A stretch of 30,705 nucleotides of DNA from a bacterium (GTDB taxonomy: Bacteria > Electryoneota > Electryoneia > Electryoneales > Electryoneaceae): the NCBI GenBank assembly GCA_043801585.1, contig JAZDLX010000151.1:1-30705 (forward strand), in the 5' to 3' direction. The stretch's first letter is position 1. The number at the start of each line of letters is the position of its first letter. The translations under genes were made by a program, and so were the position numbers. The notes under the pieces were generated by a model. It searched no databases, was not told the origin of the DNA, and worked only from the letters and a program-made list of their open reading frames with translations. Below are positions 17,337-26,468 of this stretch, in pieces.

Positions 17337-18598
17337 ACCGAGTGTATCAATTCGTTCTGGGGACATTGCTCGCGATGTTGCTTGCCGGTGTAGCGTGGGC
17401 GCAGCTCGGTGGTCCTCGCGAATTGCGCCGGATCAACGCCCAGCCGGACGAAATGATCTCCATGACCCGGTCGATGCCCTTTAACCAGGCTATGATGATC
17501 TTCAGCGACCTGTCGAAACGGAAACTCAACAAGATCATCATCGATCCGAAATCACGCACGATCCCGATTGGGGTCAATATCGAAAACATGCATTGGCTGG
17601 ACGCGTTGGACTTGATCCTGAGGCAGAACGATCTATGGTACCAGGAATTCCCCGATCACATTCTGCTTGTCGATCGTGGAGGTGCCGGCCTTACCAAGGA
17701 AGAGCTTGACAGCAAGACCATGTATGAGGCGAGAGAAGTCCGGATCTCCGCGATCTTCTTTGAAGCCGACCTGACCAAGCTTCGCTCCCTGGGATCAACC
17801 TGGTCTTTCCTCAAACCCGATTCCAGTGTCTCTATCACGATGAGCGCCGCGGAAGCCGGGAAAGGTGTTCTCACGTTTGAAGGAAAGAGTCTGAAGGACT
17901 TCGGCAGCATTGCCGCGACGTTTCGCGCTCTCGAAAGCAAGAATGTGGGCGAGGTGATCGCCAGTCCCCAGGTCACGGTGCGCAGCGGTAGTGAAGGCCG
18001 AATCCAGATCGGATCCGATTTTTCGGTAAATTCCACCGATTTTTCCGGGAACACAGTCACCCAGTTCTACAGCGCCGGATCGATCATCAAAGTGACGCCT
18101 GAGGTGTTGACCATCGACACCACGACCTTCATTCATCTTGACCTTGATGTTCAGAAAAGCCAGGCGGGAAGCAGCGACCTCGGAGTTGAGATCAAGAAAA
18201 CGTCCGCCTCGACAAATGTGCTGCTCCTCGATGGCGAGGAGACTCTGATCGGCGGCCTTTATTCAAACGAGGAAAGCGTGAGTCGGTCGGGAGTGCCAAT
18301 CCTGAAAGATCTCCCCTGGTGGGTGCTCGGCCTCCGTTATATCTTCGGTTATGAATCACGGTCGGTGACAAGAAAGGAATTGATGATCCTCGTCCAGGCG
18401 GAACTGTTGCCGACACTCGAGCAACGGCTGCGCGACCGTATTGCCAGGAATAACGCTCCCGTTCCAGTTCTGAAAAACGCCCGAGAAGATTTTGAACGGG
18501 ATATTACGAGATATCAGAGACAGAGCGACCTGTTTAACCGTTCCCAGATTCAAAAACAGGAAGAGGCGGCCGAGGATTCCCTGAAAGCAAAAGAGTGA
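17333..18598 (+). CDS. pilQ: Secretin (PilQ/GspD family), short form
   Basis: Signal peptide, WLDALDLILRQNDL N0/STN-like segment, ASPQVTVRSGSEGRIQIG, LLDGEETLIGGL, SGVPILKDLP...LRYIF and RKELMILV. Confidence 0.92.
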   Translation: MNRVYQFVLGTLLAMLLAGVAWAQLGGPRELRRINAQPDEMISMTRSMPFNQAMMIFSDLSKRKLNKIIIDPKSRTIPIGVNIENMHWLDALDLILRQNDLWYQEFPDHILLVDRGGAGLTKEELDSKTMYEAREVRISAIFFEADLTKLRSLGSTWSFLKPDSSVSITMSAAEAGKGVLTFEGKSLKDFGSIAATFRALESKNVGEVIASPQVTVRSGSEGRIQIGSDFSVNSTDFSGNTVTQFYSAGSIIKVTPEVLTIDTTTFIHLDLDVQKSQAGSSDLGVEIKKTSASTNVLLLDGEETLIGGLYSNEESVSRSGVPILKDLPWWVLGLRYIFGYESRSVTRKELMILVQAELLPTLEQRLRDRIARNNAPVPVLKNAREDFERDITRYQRQSDLFNRSQIQKQEEAAEDSLKAKE

Positions 18599-18620
18599 AC
18601 TTTGCTTTTGGAAAAGTCAG

Positions 18621-18650
18621 AGAGGGCTACTCCATTTGAGTAGCCCTCTT
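18621..18650. terminator. Terminator hairpin between convergent pilQ and KamA-family gene
   Basis: Perfect 12-bp stem AGAGGGCTACTC-CATTT-GAGTAGCCCTCT. Confidence 0.8.
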
Positions 18651-18727
18651 CGCTATGGAACCAGAATCATCCCGAACCGGGAACGAAAACCGGATTCGGT
18701 AAACCCCGCCTGCCGTTGAACCGCGGA

Positions 18728-19930
18728 TCAGTTTTCCCGCGAATTCTGCTTCGTGTGGTGAAAGGGGCGGTCGAGGCGCATCGGGATCCTTGTCATCAAC
18801 GTCCGTGTCGGGTCGTGCCGATCACGATGGCTTGGATGGGGATGGACTTCCTGGAGTTCATCAAACCAGACAGCCAGATCGTTTCGTTGACAGATCAGAT
18901 GCCGGCCGTGATTTATGGGGTGTGCCGCGCGATGGTAACGAAGGTGAATGAAGTCATGATCGACACCGGTGACCTCCAGTTTTCCCGTGTGATGGCTTAG
19001 CACCAACCGCACTGTACTCGCCAATCCCGGCAGGCTATGTATCGCCTCCATCAGAATCCGCCACACCTCGACAATCGGGAGGGAAAATGATTGGTTTCCA
19101 CGGGTCGGACGGTTGATGAATAGGTAATAGGGATGCACACCTGACGCCATCAGATTCATGAAGAGTTCGTGAAGAACAGTGCCATTGTCGTTCACCCCCC
19201 GAATGATCGGACACTGGTTCATGATCTCACATCCGGTTTCCTTGATTTGTCGGATCGCTCTCCTGGCTTTGGTCGTCAATTCGCGGGGATGGCTGAAATG
19301 TGCCATGATGTAAATCCGCCGGTCCGGATGTGAATAGTTGCGCAACAGGTCAATGAGAGCAGGATCGTCCAAAATGCGTTGGGGACGGAAGGCGGGAATC
19401 CTGGTTCCGATACGAACCGCCCTGACGTGCTCCATCTCGGAAAGTTCAGCAAGGATTCGTTTCAGTCTGCCGGTAGCGAGGGTTAAGGGATCACCACCGG
19501 TCAGCAGGACGTTCTGAATCTCTCCATGTTCACGGATATAGGCGAGCGCGTCCGTGGGGTCCATGGCGATTTCGTCACTTCGACGCATCGTCAGCCGCTT
19601 TCGGAAACAGTACCGGCAATAGGAATCGCAGGTTTCCGCAACCAGCATCAGCGCGGTGTCGCTGTATTTATGCTGGAGGCCGCGCGCAACGGTGTAGTCC
19701 GCTTCCCGGCTGGCATCCAGATCTCCCTCCTGATTCAACTCGGACATGGTCGGGATGACCAGCTTGCGCAGGGGGTCGTTCGGATCGTTCCAGTCGATCA
19801 GGCTCAGGTAATAGCTGTTCGCTCGAAATGCAAATTTCTCTTCAATGACAGAGAGTTTCCTGACCTCTGCGTCAGTGAGTTGAGGTACGTCCCGGACATG
19901 ACGGTAGGTTCGTATCGGTTGCATGTCCAC
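18728..19930 (-). CDS. KamA-family radical SAM protein (2,3-aminomutase-like)
   Basis: GLQHKYSDTALM, CDSYCRYCFRKR (CxxxCxxC), VLLTGGDPL, RIGTR, HFSHPRE, NQCPIIRGVND, PYYLF and TGKLEV. GGAG SD before GTG 19930. Confidence 0.9.
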   Translation of the reverse strand: MDMQPIRTYRHVRDVPQLTDAEVRKLSVIEEKFAFRANSYYLSLIDWNDPNDPLRKLVIPTMSELNQEGDLDASREADYTVARGLQHKYSDTALMLVAETCDSYCRYCFRKRLTMRRSDEIAMDPTDALAYIREHGEIQNVLLTGGDPLTLATGRLKRILAELSEMEHVRAVRIGTRIPAFRPQRILDDPALIDLLRNYSHPDRRIYIMAHFSHPRELTTKARRAIRQIKETGCEIMNQCPIIRGVNDNGTVLHELFMNLMASGVHPYYLFINRPTRGNQSFSLPIVEVWRILMEAIHSLPGLASTVRLVLSHHTGKLEVTGVDHDFIHLRYHRAAHPINHGRHLICQRNDLAVWFDELQEVHPHPSHRDRHDPTRTLMTRIPMRLDRPFHHTKQNSREN

Positions 19931-20144
19931 GGTGCTTTCTCCAAGGGTGTCAGGTACACGGGATCCTCGACGTGATCGTAACCTGGAGGAAAGCCGGAGG
20001 GGGGGTCCCTTGAAATACTATGGGCACAACGGACGGCAAAATCATCGGACTGTTTGAGAAAGAATAAATGGCTGACCTTCCGTCGAAACCCAGAAGGGGA
20101 CGTCCGGCGTGGAGAACGTTCGCACACGTCGGGCTTATGTAAAT

Positions 20145-20173
20145 AGTATAAGGTTCGACCGGACAAAGTGCAA
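20145..20173 (-). promoter_or_regulatory. Sigma70-type promoter for the KamA-family gene
   Basis: Minus strand TTGCAC-N17-TATACT. Confidence 0.55.
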
Positions 20174-20465
20174 AATGGTTGCGGAGGCAAATAATCTTCC
20201 GCTGAATATATTAATACAGATAATACAAGAAGATACATTGAGTGAAAGAGATGTTTTCGATCAATTTGGCCCTCGTCTGAAACCTTTTATTAAAGGTCCG
20301 GGCCACCCGGCCGGTTCTCCATGCGTCCGGACGGCATTCAGGATTCAACGGAACAATAATCATCACCCGCAGTCTTGCAGCGGGAGAATGGGGTGTACCT
20401 TTAGTCCGGTGATTGACGATGCATGCACGAAGCAGAGGGTCGGTAAAGGGAAGGGTGAATCCTGG

Positions 20466-21341
20466 ATGCACTGTTTATTTGTCAGTGACTTGCACGGACG
20501 GTCCGACCGCTATCGGAGCCTGTTCGCCGCGATCCAAAAGGAACGTCCCGGGATGGTCTTCATTGGTGGTGACCTGTTCAGTCTTCTGCCAATTCGGGAG
20601 GCGGACGCTCATGACACTCCAATGGGCGATCTTGAAGGATTCATCATCCCCTCGCTCCTCACGTTGCGAGAGGAACTCGGCAGCGAGTATCCGCGGGTGT
20701 ACATGATCCTCGGAAATGATGACGGGGCGCTGATCGAACCCGACATCCGCGATGTCGAAGCTCAGGGACTGTGGACCTATGTCCATCGTTGCCGGGTCGA
20801 GGATCCTTCTGGATACACCATTTACGGCTACAACTTCGTCCCCCCGACACCGTTCCAACTGAAAGACTGGGAACGCTACGATGTCAGCCGGTTCGTCGAT
20901 CCCGGTTGTGTCTCCCCCGAGGAGGGGTGGCGAAGCGTTCCCGTCGAACAATATCACATCCGTTACGCAACCATCTCGAAAGACCTGGAAGAGATGTCGG
21001 GGAACAACACACAGGAAAAAGCGATCTGGCTCTTTCACGCGCCGCCTCATGACACTCTGCTCGACCGCGCCGGACTGGATGGCGTCAAGGTGGATCACGC
21101 CCCGGTGGACATTCATGTTGGTTCGATAGCAGTCCGCCGTTTCATCGAAAACCGCCAACCACTGCTCACACTGCACGGCCACGTGCATGAATCGGCGAAA
21201 CTGACTGGAAGCTGGCGGGACAGGATCGGCAAAACGGAGATGTTTACGGGTGGACACGACGGAGGCGAGCTTTCGCTGATCCGTTTCGATCCCGACGATC
21301 TCGCCTCCGCGACACGCGAACTGCTCCCCTGGCGTCCCTGA
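20466..21341 (+). CDS. Metallophosphoesterase (calcineurin-like/Icc-related)
   Basis: FVSDLHG, IGGDL, LGNDD, FHAPP and LHGHVHE motifs. ATG 20466 after GGGAAGGG is preferred over the ORF-track start at 20109. Confidence 0.9.
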   Translation: MHCLFVSDLHGRSDRYRSLFAAIQKERPGMVFIGGDLFSLLPIREADAHDTPMGDLEGFIIPSLLTLREELGSEYPRVYMILGNDDGALIEPDIRDVEAQGLWTYVHRCRVEDPSGYTIYGYNFVPPTPFQLKDWERYDVSRFVDPGCVSPEEGWRSVPVEQYHIRYATISKDLEEMSGNNTQEKAIWLFHAPPHDTLLDRAGLDGVKVDHAPVDIHVGSIAVRRFIENRQPLLTLHGHVHESAKLTGSWRDRIGKTEMFTGGHDGGELSLIRFDPDDLASATRELLPWRP

Positions 21342-21344
21342 TCG

Positions 21345-24300
21345 TCAATCGGATGAATCAGTGAATTTGCTCTTGTGCTTCTTCAGTGGGATCAACTTTG
21401 CAGCGTCCGTCACCGCACCGATTTTTACTGCGTAACTGTCACGGTTCTCAATGTCCTTGTCGGTGATCAGGTGGGCGTCGATCAGGTTCCCGGTGCGATA
21501 TCCAGTTCGCAGGTAGTTCAATTCGTCAATGGCCTGGCCCCAACCCTGCAGCCACATGAGCAGTTTATCACGTTTGCAGCCGTCACCTTCTTCTACGTGG
21601 AAAAGCAGGTCGATGTCGCTCGCCAGCCCCGCGGTTCCGCTCTTCGTGCTGCCGGTGATGTACATCGCCTTCACTCCGAATTCGTCAGCAGCCATGCTCT
21701 CGGCGAGACGCTCGACCATCTGCATCCGCCACCGCCAATGATCGTCTGCGGGATGGTCATCGAGGAAACGGTGGGGGGTTGGCCGCGATTTCTCAGCGGA
21801 GCGCTGCGTCAGGATTCCTACCGCTTCTTCGAGGTCAGCGTTCATGAAGACTTTTAAAATCTTGCCGGATGCCACCCTTGGAACATCGATGACGTGCAGC
21901 ACTTTATCGAGGTGTTGGAATTCCGGAAGTACTTCTCCGAGAATGTTGTGCGACTCGGTCAGGAACCTTTCGTTGAAATCGATATTCGGATCATCCGGGT
22001 ACAGCGGCAGGTACCGGATACCGGCCTCGACCAGGTCCTGGAAGAAATGGGTGCCGAACGACAGGTCGGGTGTGTAGTTGCCGCGCTGGCGGGCGATCTC
22101 AATCAATATTGCCGAGTTGTTGATGTCGGAATAGGTGACCGGCACGCCCAGTTTGATGTCGCCGCGGCTGCCCCATCTCCCCGGACCCATCAGGATGAAC
22201 TGGTGTTTCGGAAGGATCTTGTTTAAATGGCCCACGGCTTTGCCGACTTCCTGCATATCTTTCTTCGTCGACAGGGAAGAGTAACCGTCCGGATCGACGT
22301 ACACGATATGCGAGATGTCCGGGACACGGCCGTTTGAGATGTACCTGTTGGCGTCGAAGACCACTGCGCTACGCGGAATATCCTTGGGGATGGCCTGCGG
22401 TTGATCATCGTCCGAATAACTCTGCGGTCGGCACTGGAGCAGGTAGAAATGGTTGCCGTCGCTGGCAAATTCGATGTCCACCGGTGTGCCCAACGCTTCC
22501 TGAAGAACCGCGAGGATGATCCGCACCTGGCGCATGAAATCGGTTTTGGAAATCAGCGATTCGAAATTGACGACAAGGTTGTCCTTCTCGAAATCGAGAT
22601 TCATCTTGTTGGGTTGGGTGATATGCGTGTCGTGAATGACGGAAACCAGCCGCTCCACGGCTGGCAGGTCATGCCCGACGGTACGAAGGAATTCGATCAG
22701 GTCGACAGTTTCAAATTCGTTCGTCTCAAGGTTGATCACATCCATTCGCCGCGGCGAATACCGAAGCGTTTCCTCGAGGGTTGAATTAACTCGAAGTTGA
22801 GATTGTCCGGGAGCAATCAATATCGGATAGTCGTCGCTGAGACGATCGACAGCGCGTGTCCCCAGACCGGGAACCATCCGCACCAGTCCATCCTCGCGCT
22901 TGATTCTCGGCGACCAGCGGAATTCGTTGTTGCTGAAGGCGACACCGGCGAAAGAAGGCAGGTAATACTTGCCGACACGGGTTCCGACGACCTCCTGGAT
23001 CAGGACACCCATCTCCTCATGAAAATCAAGCAGGCCTCGCTCGGCGCGGTATTCGATGGGATCGGAGTGGAAGGTCGAAGCATAGACCTCCGAGATCGCG
23101 TCCATCAGCGATTCCAGACGATCTTGCTTGGTCCCCTGGTTGGCGACAAAAAGGCTCTGGTACTTGCCGGAGAATGCGGCGCCGAGACGATCTTCGAGAA
23201 GAGAGGAGGAGCGAACGATCAACGGAACATTGGCGAGATCATCCAGCGCCATCGACAACCCCTGCACGATTTCCGGACTGAAATGGCTGTTCTTGAAAAC
23301 GTGCATAATGTGAGGGTGTTCCGTCCGAACCTGATCCAGATCCTTGTATTTCTGTTCGGTGACGTCTTCCAGGTTGTTGTAGTGGAGGAAATTGTGCAGA
23401 CCGTCGGAGGTGATGTACCAGGTTTTAGGGATTCGGATATCCGCAAGCTCGGGGTATTCGGCAGCCCGTCTGCGCAGAATCCGGCTCGCGAGGAAAAGCC
23501 CGGCGCTTTTTCCACCCAGCTTTCCATGACTCCCGGTGGGATGGATGACGCGGGGGATCAAATTGACGAAGTCCTTGATCTCGACGTAATCCTTCGCGAT
23601 GCTGATGAACTCGAGTTGATCCGAGAGAAAGCGCCGGACCATCGCGACCTTGACACCCTTGCGGGTGCTGTCGGGGAGTTCAACCGAATCGAGGGAGAGG
23701 TGGTGGAAACGGCGGATCGCATCGCTGATGTCGGTCAGCGTACTCTCCAGGTTGATCAGGGTGCTCACCAGGAACTGCGCCCGGTCCTCCTGCATCCATT
23801 TCTGCACCAGTTTGAGAATCTTCTCGTCGGTGTAGTTCGCGGCGGCGATCCGGAAAATATCCGTCGAGAGCTGCTGGATCGACATATCCAACTTGCGCAC
23901 CATTGGCCGGTTCAAACCCTCAGCATCCCCAAGTGGGTCACGTTGACCCAGCTTGTGCAGAAGCTCTTCCGCTTCAGGAATGCCGCTCCAGCAGAGGTGG
24001 TTCATCATCTTCCGCGAAATGCGAAGGAACAGGTCTTCGTCTGTGCTGCGCAGCAGATCGACGACAACGCGCCACTCGCTTCCCGCTCGTGACAGATCTT
24101 TGCGGGCGGTGTCCCAGGTCTGAACCATTTCACGAAGCTGCTTGTGCAGAATAAAGTGGCCGAGACGGTCCGCGATCGTCGTAATCAGACGCTGCTCTTC
24201 CTTGAGAAACGGACCGAAATCGGCTTTCGGGCGTTGTTTGGTGTAGTTCACTTCGATCCAGCCGACGGCCTGTTCCTGGATGGTGATCGACGCTTTCTGA

Positions 24301-24548
24301 ACCCAGGGTGTGGGCGAGGAATCGCCGGTGGATCCGTAGGTATTCCCGTTGTATTGGATACGGGCAAAACAGACATCGGGGTATTGCCAACCGGCAGGAA
24401 TGGCGCGAATGATCCCGGCAAAGATCTGTTCGAGATCGGCGTTGGAATCGCTCAGCAGCTCTTCAATCTCGTAGAGACAGTTCAACTCCTTTGCACGTTC
24501 CTGCAGAGTGTTAATCAGTTTTTCTGCGGGGCGATGCGGTTCAGCCAT
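21345..24548 (-). CDS. PEP/pyruvate-binding (PPDK_N ATP-grasp) domain protein with N-terminal GAF-like and C-terminal nucleotidyltransferase domains
   Basis: LGGKSAGL, IVRSSSLLED...FSGKY, MGVLIQEVVG, PVDIEFA and LLQCRP. N-terminal LQERAKELNCLYEI...GWQYP. C-terminal YITGST...SDIDLL. Confidence 0.88.
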   Translation of the reverse strand: MAEPHRPAEKLINTLQERAKELNCLYEIEELLSDSNADLEQIFAGIIRAIPAGWQYPDVCFARIQYNGNTYGSTGDSSPTPWVQKASITIQEQAVGWIEVNYTKQRPKADFGPFLKEEQRLITTIADRLGHFILHKQLREMVQTWDTARKDLSRAGSEWRVVVDLLRSTDEDLFLRISRKMMNHLCWSGIPEAEELLHKLGQRDPLGDAEGLNRPMVRKLDMSIQQLSTDIFRIAAANYTDEKILKLVQKWMQEDRAQFLVSTLINLESTLTDISDAIRRFHHLSLDSVELPDSTRKGVKVAMVRRFLSDQLEFISIAKDYVEIKDFVNLIPRVIHPTGSHGKLGGKSAGLFLASRILRRRAAEYPELADIRIPKTWYITSDGLHNFLHYNNLEDVTEQKYKDLDQVRTEHPHIMHVFKNSHFSPEIVQGLSMALDDLANVPLIVRSSSLLEDRLGAAFSGKYQSLFVANQGTKQDRLESLMDAISEVYASTFHSDPIEYRAERGLLDFHEEMGVLIQEVVGTRVGKYYLPSFAGVAFSNNEFRWSPRIKREDGLVRMVPGLGTRAVDRLSDDYPILIAPGQSQLRVNSTLEETLRYSPRRMDVINLETNEFETVDLIEFLRTVGHDLPAVERLVSVIHDTHITQPNKMNLDFEKDNLVVNFESLISKTDFMRQVRIILAVLQEALGTPVDIEFASDGNHFYLLQCRPQSYSDDDQPQAIPKDIPRSAVVFDANRYISNGRVPDISHIVYVDPDGYSSLSTKKDMQEVGKAVGHLNKILPKHQFILMGPGRWGSRGDIKLGVPVTYSDINNSAILIEIARQRGNYTPDLSFGTHFFQDLVEAGIRYLPLYPDDPNIDFNERFLTESHNILGEVLPEFQHLDKVLHVIDVPRVASGKILKVFMNADLEEAVGILTQRSAEKSRPTPHRFLDDHPADDHWRWRMQMVERLAESMAADEFGVKAMYITGSTKSGTAGLASDIDLLFHVEEGDGCKRDKLLMWLQGWGQAIDELNYLRTGYRTGNLIDAHLITDKDIENRDSYAVKIGAVTDAAKLIPLKKHKSKFTDSSD

Positions 24549-26292
24549 GAAGAATTACTCCCCTCATCCGGCGTCCGTCCAGGCGCACGGTCAACGGTGA
24601 GGCGAGGCGAATGTGCCGGACCCAGTTTCCCTCGCGTACCGCTTTCTGCCGTGCCAGCCAGTCCCAATCAACGTGGTACCGGCTGCCGTGCCGGAGGGAA
24701 AGATAACACACACCAAAGGCTGACAGGTTGTGAAAGAAATGAGAGCCTTGGCTTACATCGGCGACAATCTGATCGCCGGATACCTCGACAATCGCTCGGG
24801 CGCCGGAAATCTGGCTCCAGACAACAGGGATTCCGAGCCAGGGATCGCTGCTGCCCCAGCGTCCAAAACCGATCAGCACGTAGGGCCTGCCGAGGGTCAG
24901 CAGCATCCGATTCATTTCGCCAAGCTCATCGGCGATCAGTCTGGTTTTTCCCGCGTCAAAAGTGTCGGAGCGGACATGCAGAATGTCGTAGAGGTCGCTC
25001 AAGACACCGTTCCCCAAAACCTGATCCGAACTGACAAGCGACAGACTACTTTTCATCTCATCGTCGGTGACTGTGATTTCTTTGCCAGGGGCGGCCATGG
25101 GCCGAATCTGAAGAACGGCAAAGCGGCTTGGTTTGTTTTTTGAAAAAACGGCTGCAAATTCAATCTCGACGGGCGCTTCCATCGCTTCCTGGCCGAGCGA
25201 CATCAATTCTTTCAGGAGATCATTCAACGGGTTGATGTTGTGTTGAAGAATCGGCGCGAAATCGAGGACGCGGGGTCCGATCCGCGAAATACCCGGTTGC
25301 AGACGGTCTGATTCCGGGTCGTACACCGATGCAAGGGGAGCGAGAACATCGTCGCTCTCCGCATCCTGCAACTCCGCCTGCACGAGAAATTCGTCTTCCT
25401 TGATCGGATTCCAGACCGGCGGACACCCCATCCGGACTGACCAGAAACGGGTCTGCGTCGTTTCTATCCGCTCGCGGGTCGATCCTACTGGTGGTCCCAC
25501 CTTTGGTCGTGCCGGCGAGTAAATCCAGCACAATCCTCCGTCCACGATTGTTTTGCCCAGACCCAGCGCCAGGTTCACAACCCCCAGCTCCGGCTTTGCA
25601 TTGCCGATTGGATACCAGGCGAAACTCCTTGCCACTCCGGAGATGTTCGGGTAGAAACGCCCGTTATGGGATTCTCCCACCACCTCCTGCACGATCACCG
25701 CCATCCGTTCATCACGAGGATCGGTGCCCGTGCGGTGTTGGTAATCCCTGGCTTTTGAAAAATAGGTGGAAGCCCAGACGTACTTGATCGCCTCGATCAG
25801 CCTGCGGAATCGTTCCGAGGGATCGTGTGAATCGTTGGGGATCATCTTGGTACCGTACACACCAGCGAAGGGGCTGACGAGACGATCCTCGAGCAGGGAG
25901 GAGGAACGAACTGCGAGGGGACGGTGGATCTCCTGCACAAGTGCCATCAAATCCCCGGTGAATTCCGCAGGAAAATCCGCACGCTGAAACTCCCGAGCGA
26001 TCCCGGCATCATCCAACTGGCCTGAAAGCGCCCGGTCAAGAAGGCTATTACGTTTCAGAAACAGTTCAAAAACGCCCGTGCGCAGAACAGTGACCTGAGG
26101 GATGGAAACATGAAAATCGGGGAATTTTTCCGGAAGAAATTTTTCATTGAGGACGGAATCGATAAAGCCTAATCCAAGTGCCTTACCGCCAATCTCTCCG
26201 GGACCAATCACCGTCATCCGAGATTCTGGATCGTCAAACTTTCGCCTGTACGGTGAGGTCAGGGGCGGTACCGAAAAACCGGAATCGCTCAT
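24541..26292 (-). CDS. PEP/pyruvate-binding (PPDK_N ATP-grasp) domain protein, paralog
   Basis: IGGKALGL, AVRSSSLLED...FAGVY, MAVIVQEVVG, PVEIEFA, LQIRP and GRWGS. Overlaps the next gene by 8 bp (ATGGCTGA). Start uncertain (26292 or 26301). Confidence 0.88.
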   Translation of the reverse strand: MSDSGFSVPPLTSPYRRKFDDPESRMTVIGPGEIGGKALGLGFIDSVLNEKFLPEKFPDFHVSIPQVTVLRTGVFELFLKRNSLLDRALSGQLDDAGIAREFQRADFPAEFTGDLMALVQEIHRPLAVRSSSLLEDRLVSPFAGVYGTKMIPNDSHDPSERFRRLIEAIKYVWASTYFSKARDYQHRTGTDPRDERMAVIVQEVVGESHNGRFYPNISGVARSFAWYPIGNAKPELGVVNLALGLGKTIVDGGLCWIYSPARPKVGPPVGSTRERIETTQTRFWSVRMGCPPVWNPIKEDEFLVQAELQDAESDDVLAPLASVYDPESDRLQPGISRIGPRVLDFAPILQHNINPLNDLLKELMSLGQEAMEAPVEIEFAAVFSKNKPSRFAVLQIRPMAAPGKEITVTDDEMKSSLSLVSSDQVLGNGVLSDLYDILHVRSDTFDAGKTRLIADELGEMNRMLLTLGRPYVLIGFGRWGSSDPWLGIPVVWSQISGARAIVEVSGDQIVADVSQGSHFFHNLSAFGVCYLSLRHGSRYHVDWDWLARQKAVREGNWVRHIRLASPLTVRLDGRRMRGVILHG

Positions 26293-26468
26293 GGTCACCA
26301 CTCTGTTCTGGAGACGCTTGAAATATCAGCCGCTAAGCGGAGTACGGCCACTTCTCTCAATCAAGGTACAACTTTTTCAAGGAACTGTCACCCGACGGGC
26401 TCGTGAGGAAAACCTGGCATGTGAAGGATTGACAAGGCTGGCCGGGGATTCCGAACCTGGTTGATCCT

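Noticed and set aside
22797..25034. Plus-strand ORFs 22797-24092 and 24144-25034
   Set aside because: Antisense to the PPDK_N-domain genes; no recognisable motifs.
21345..26292. Calling the two paralogs ppsA or ppdK
   Set aside because: No C-terminal PEP/pyruvate-binding barrel and no canonical TSHAAI motif.
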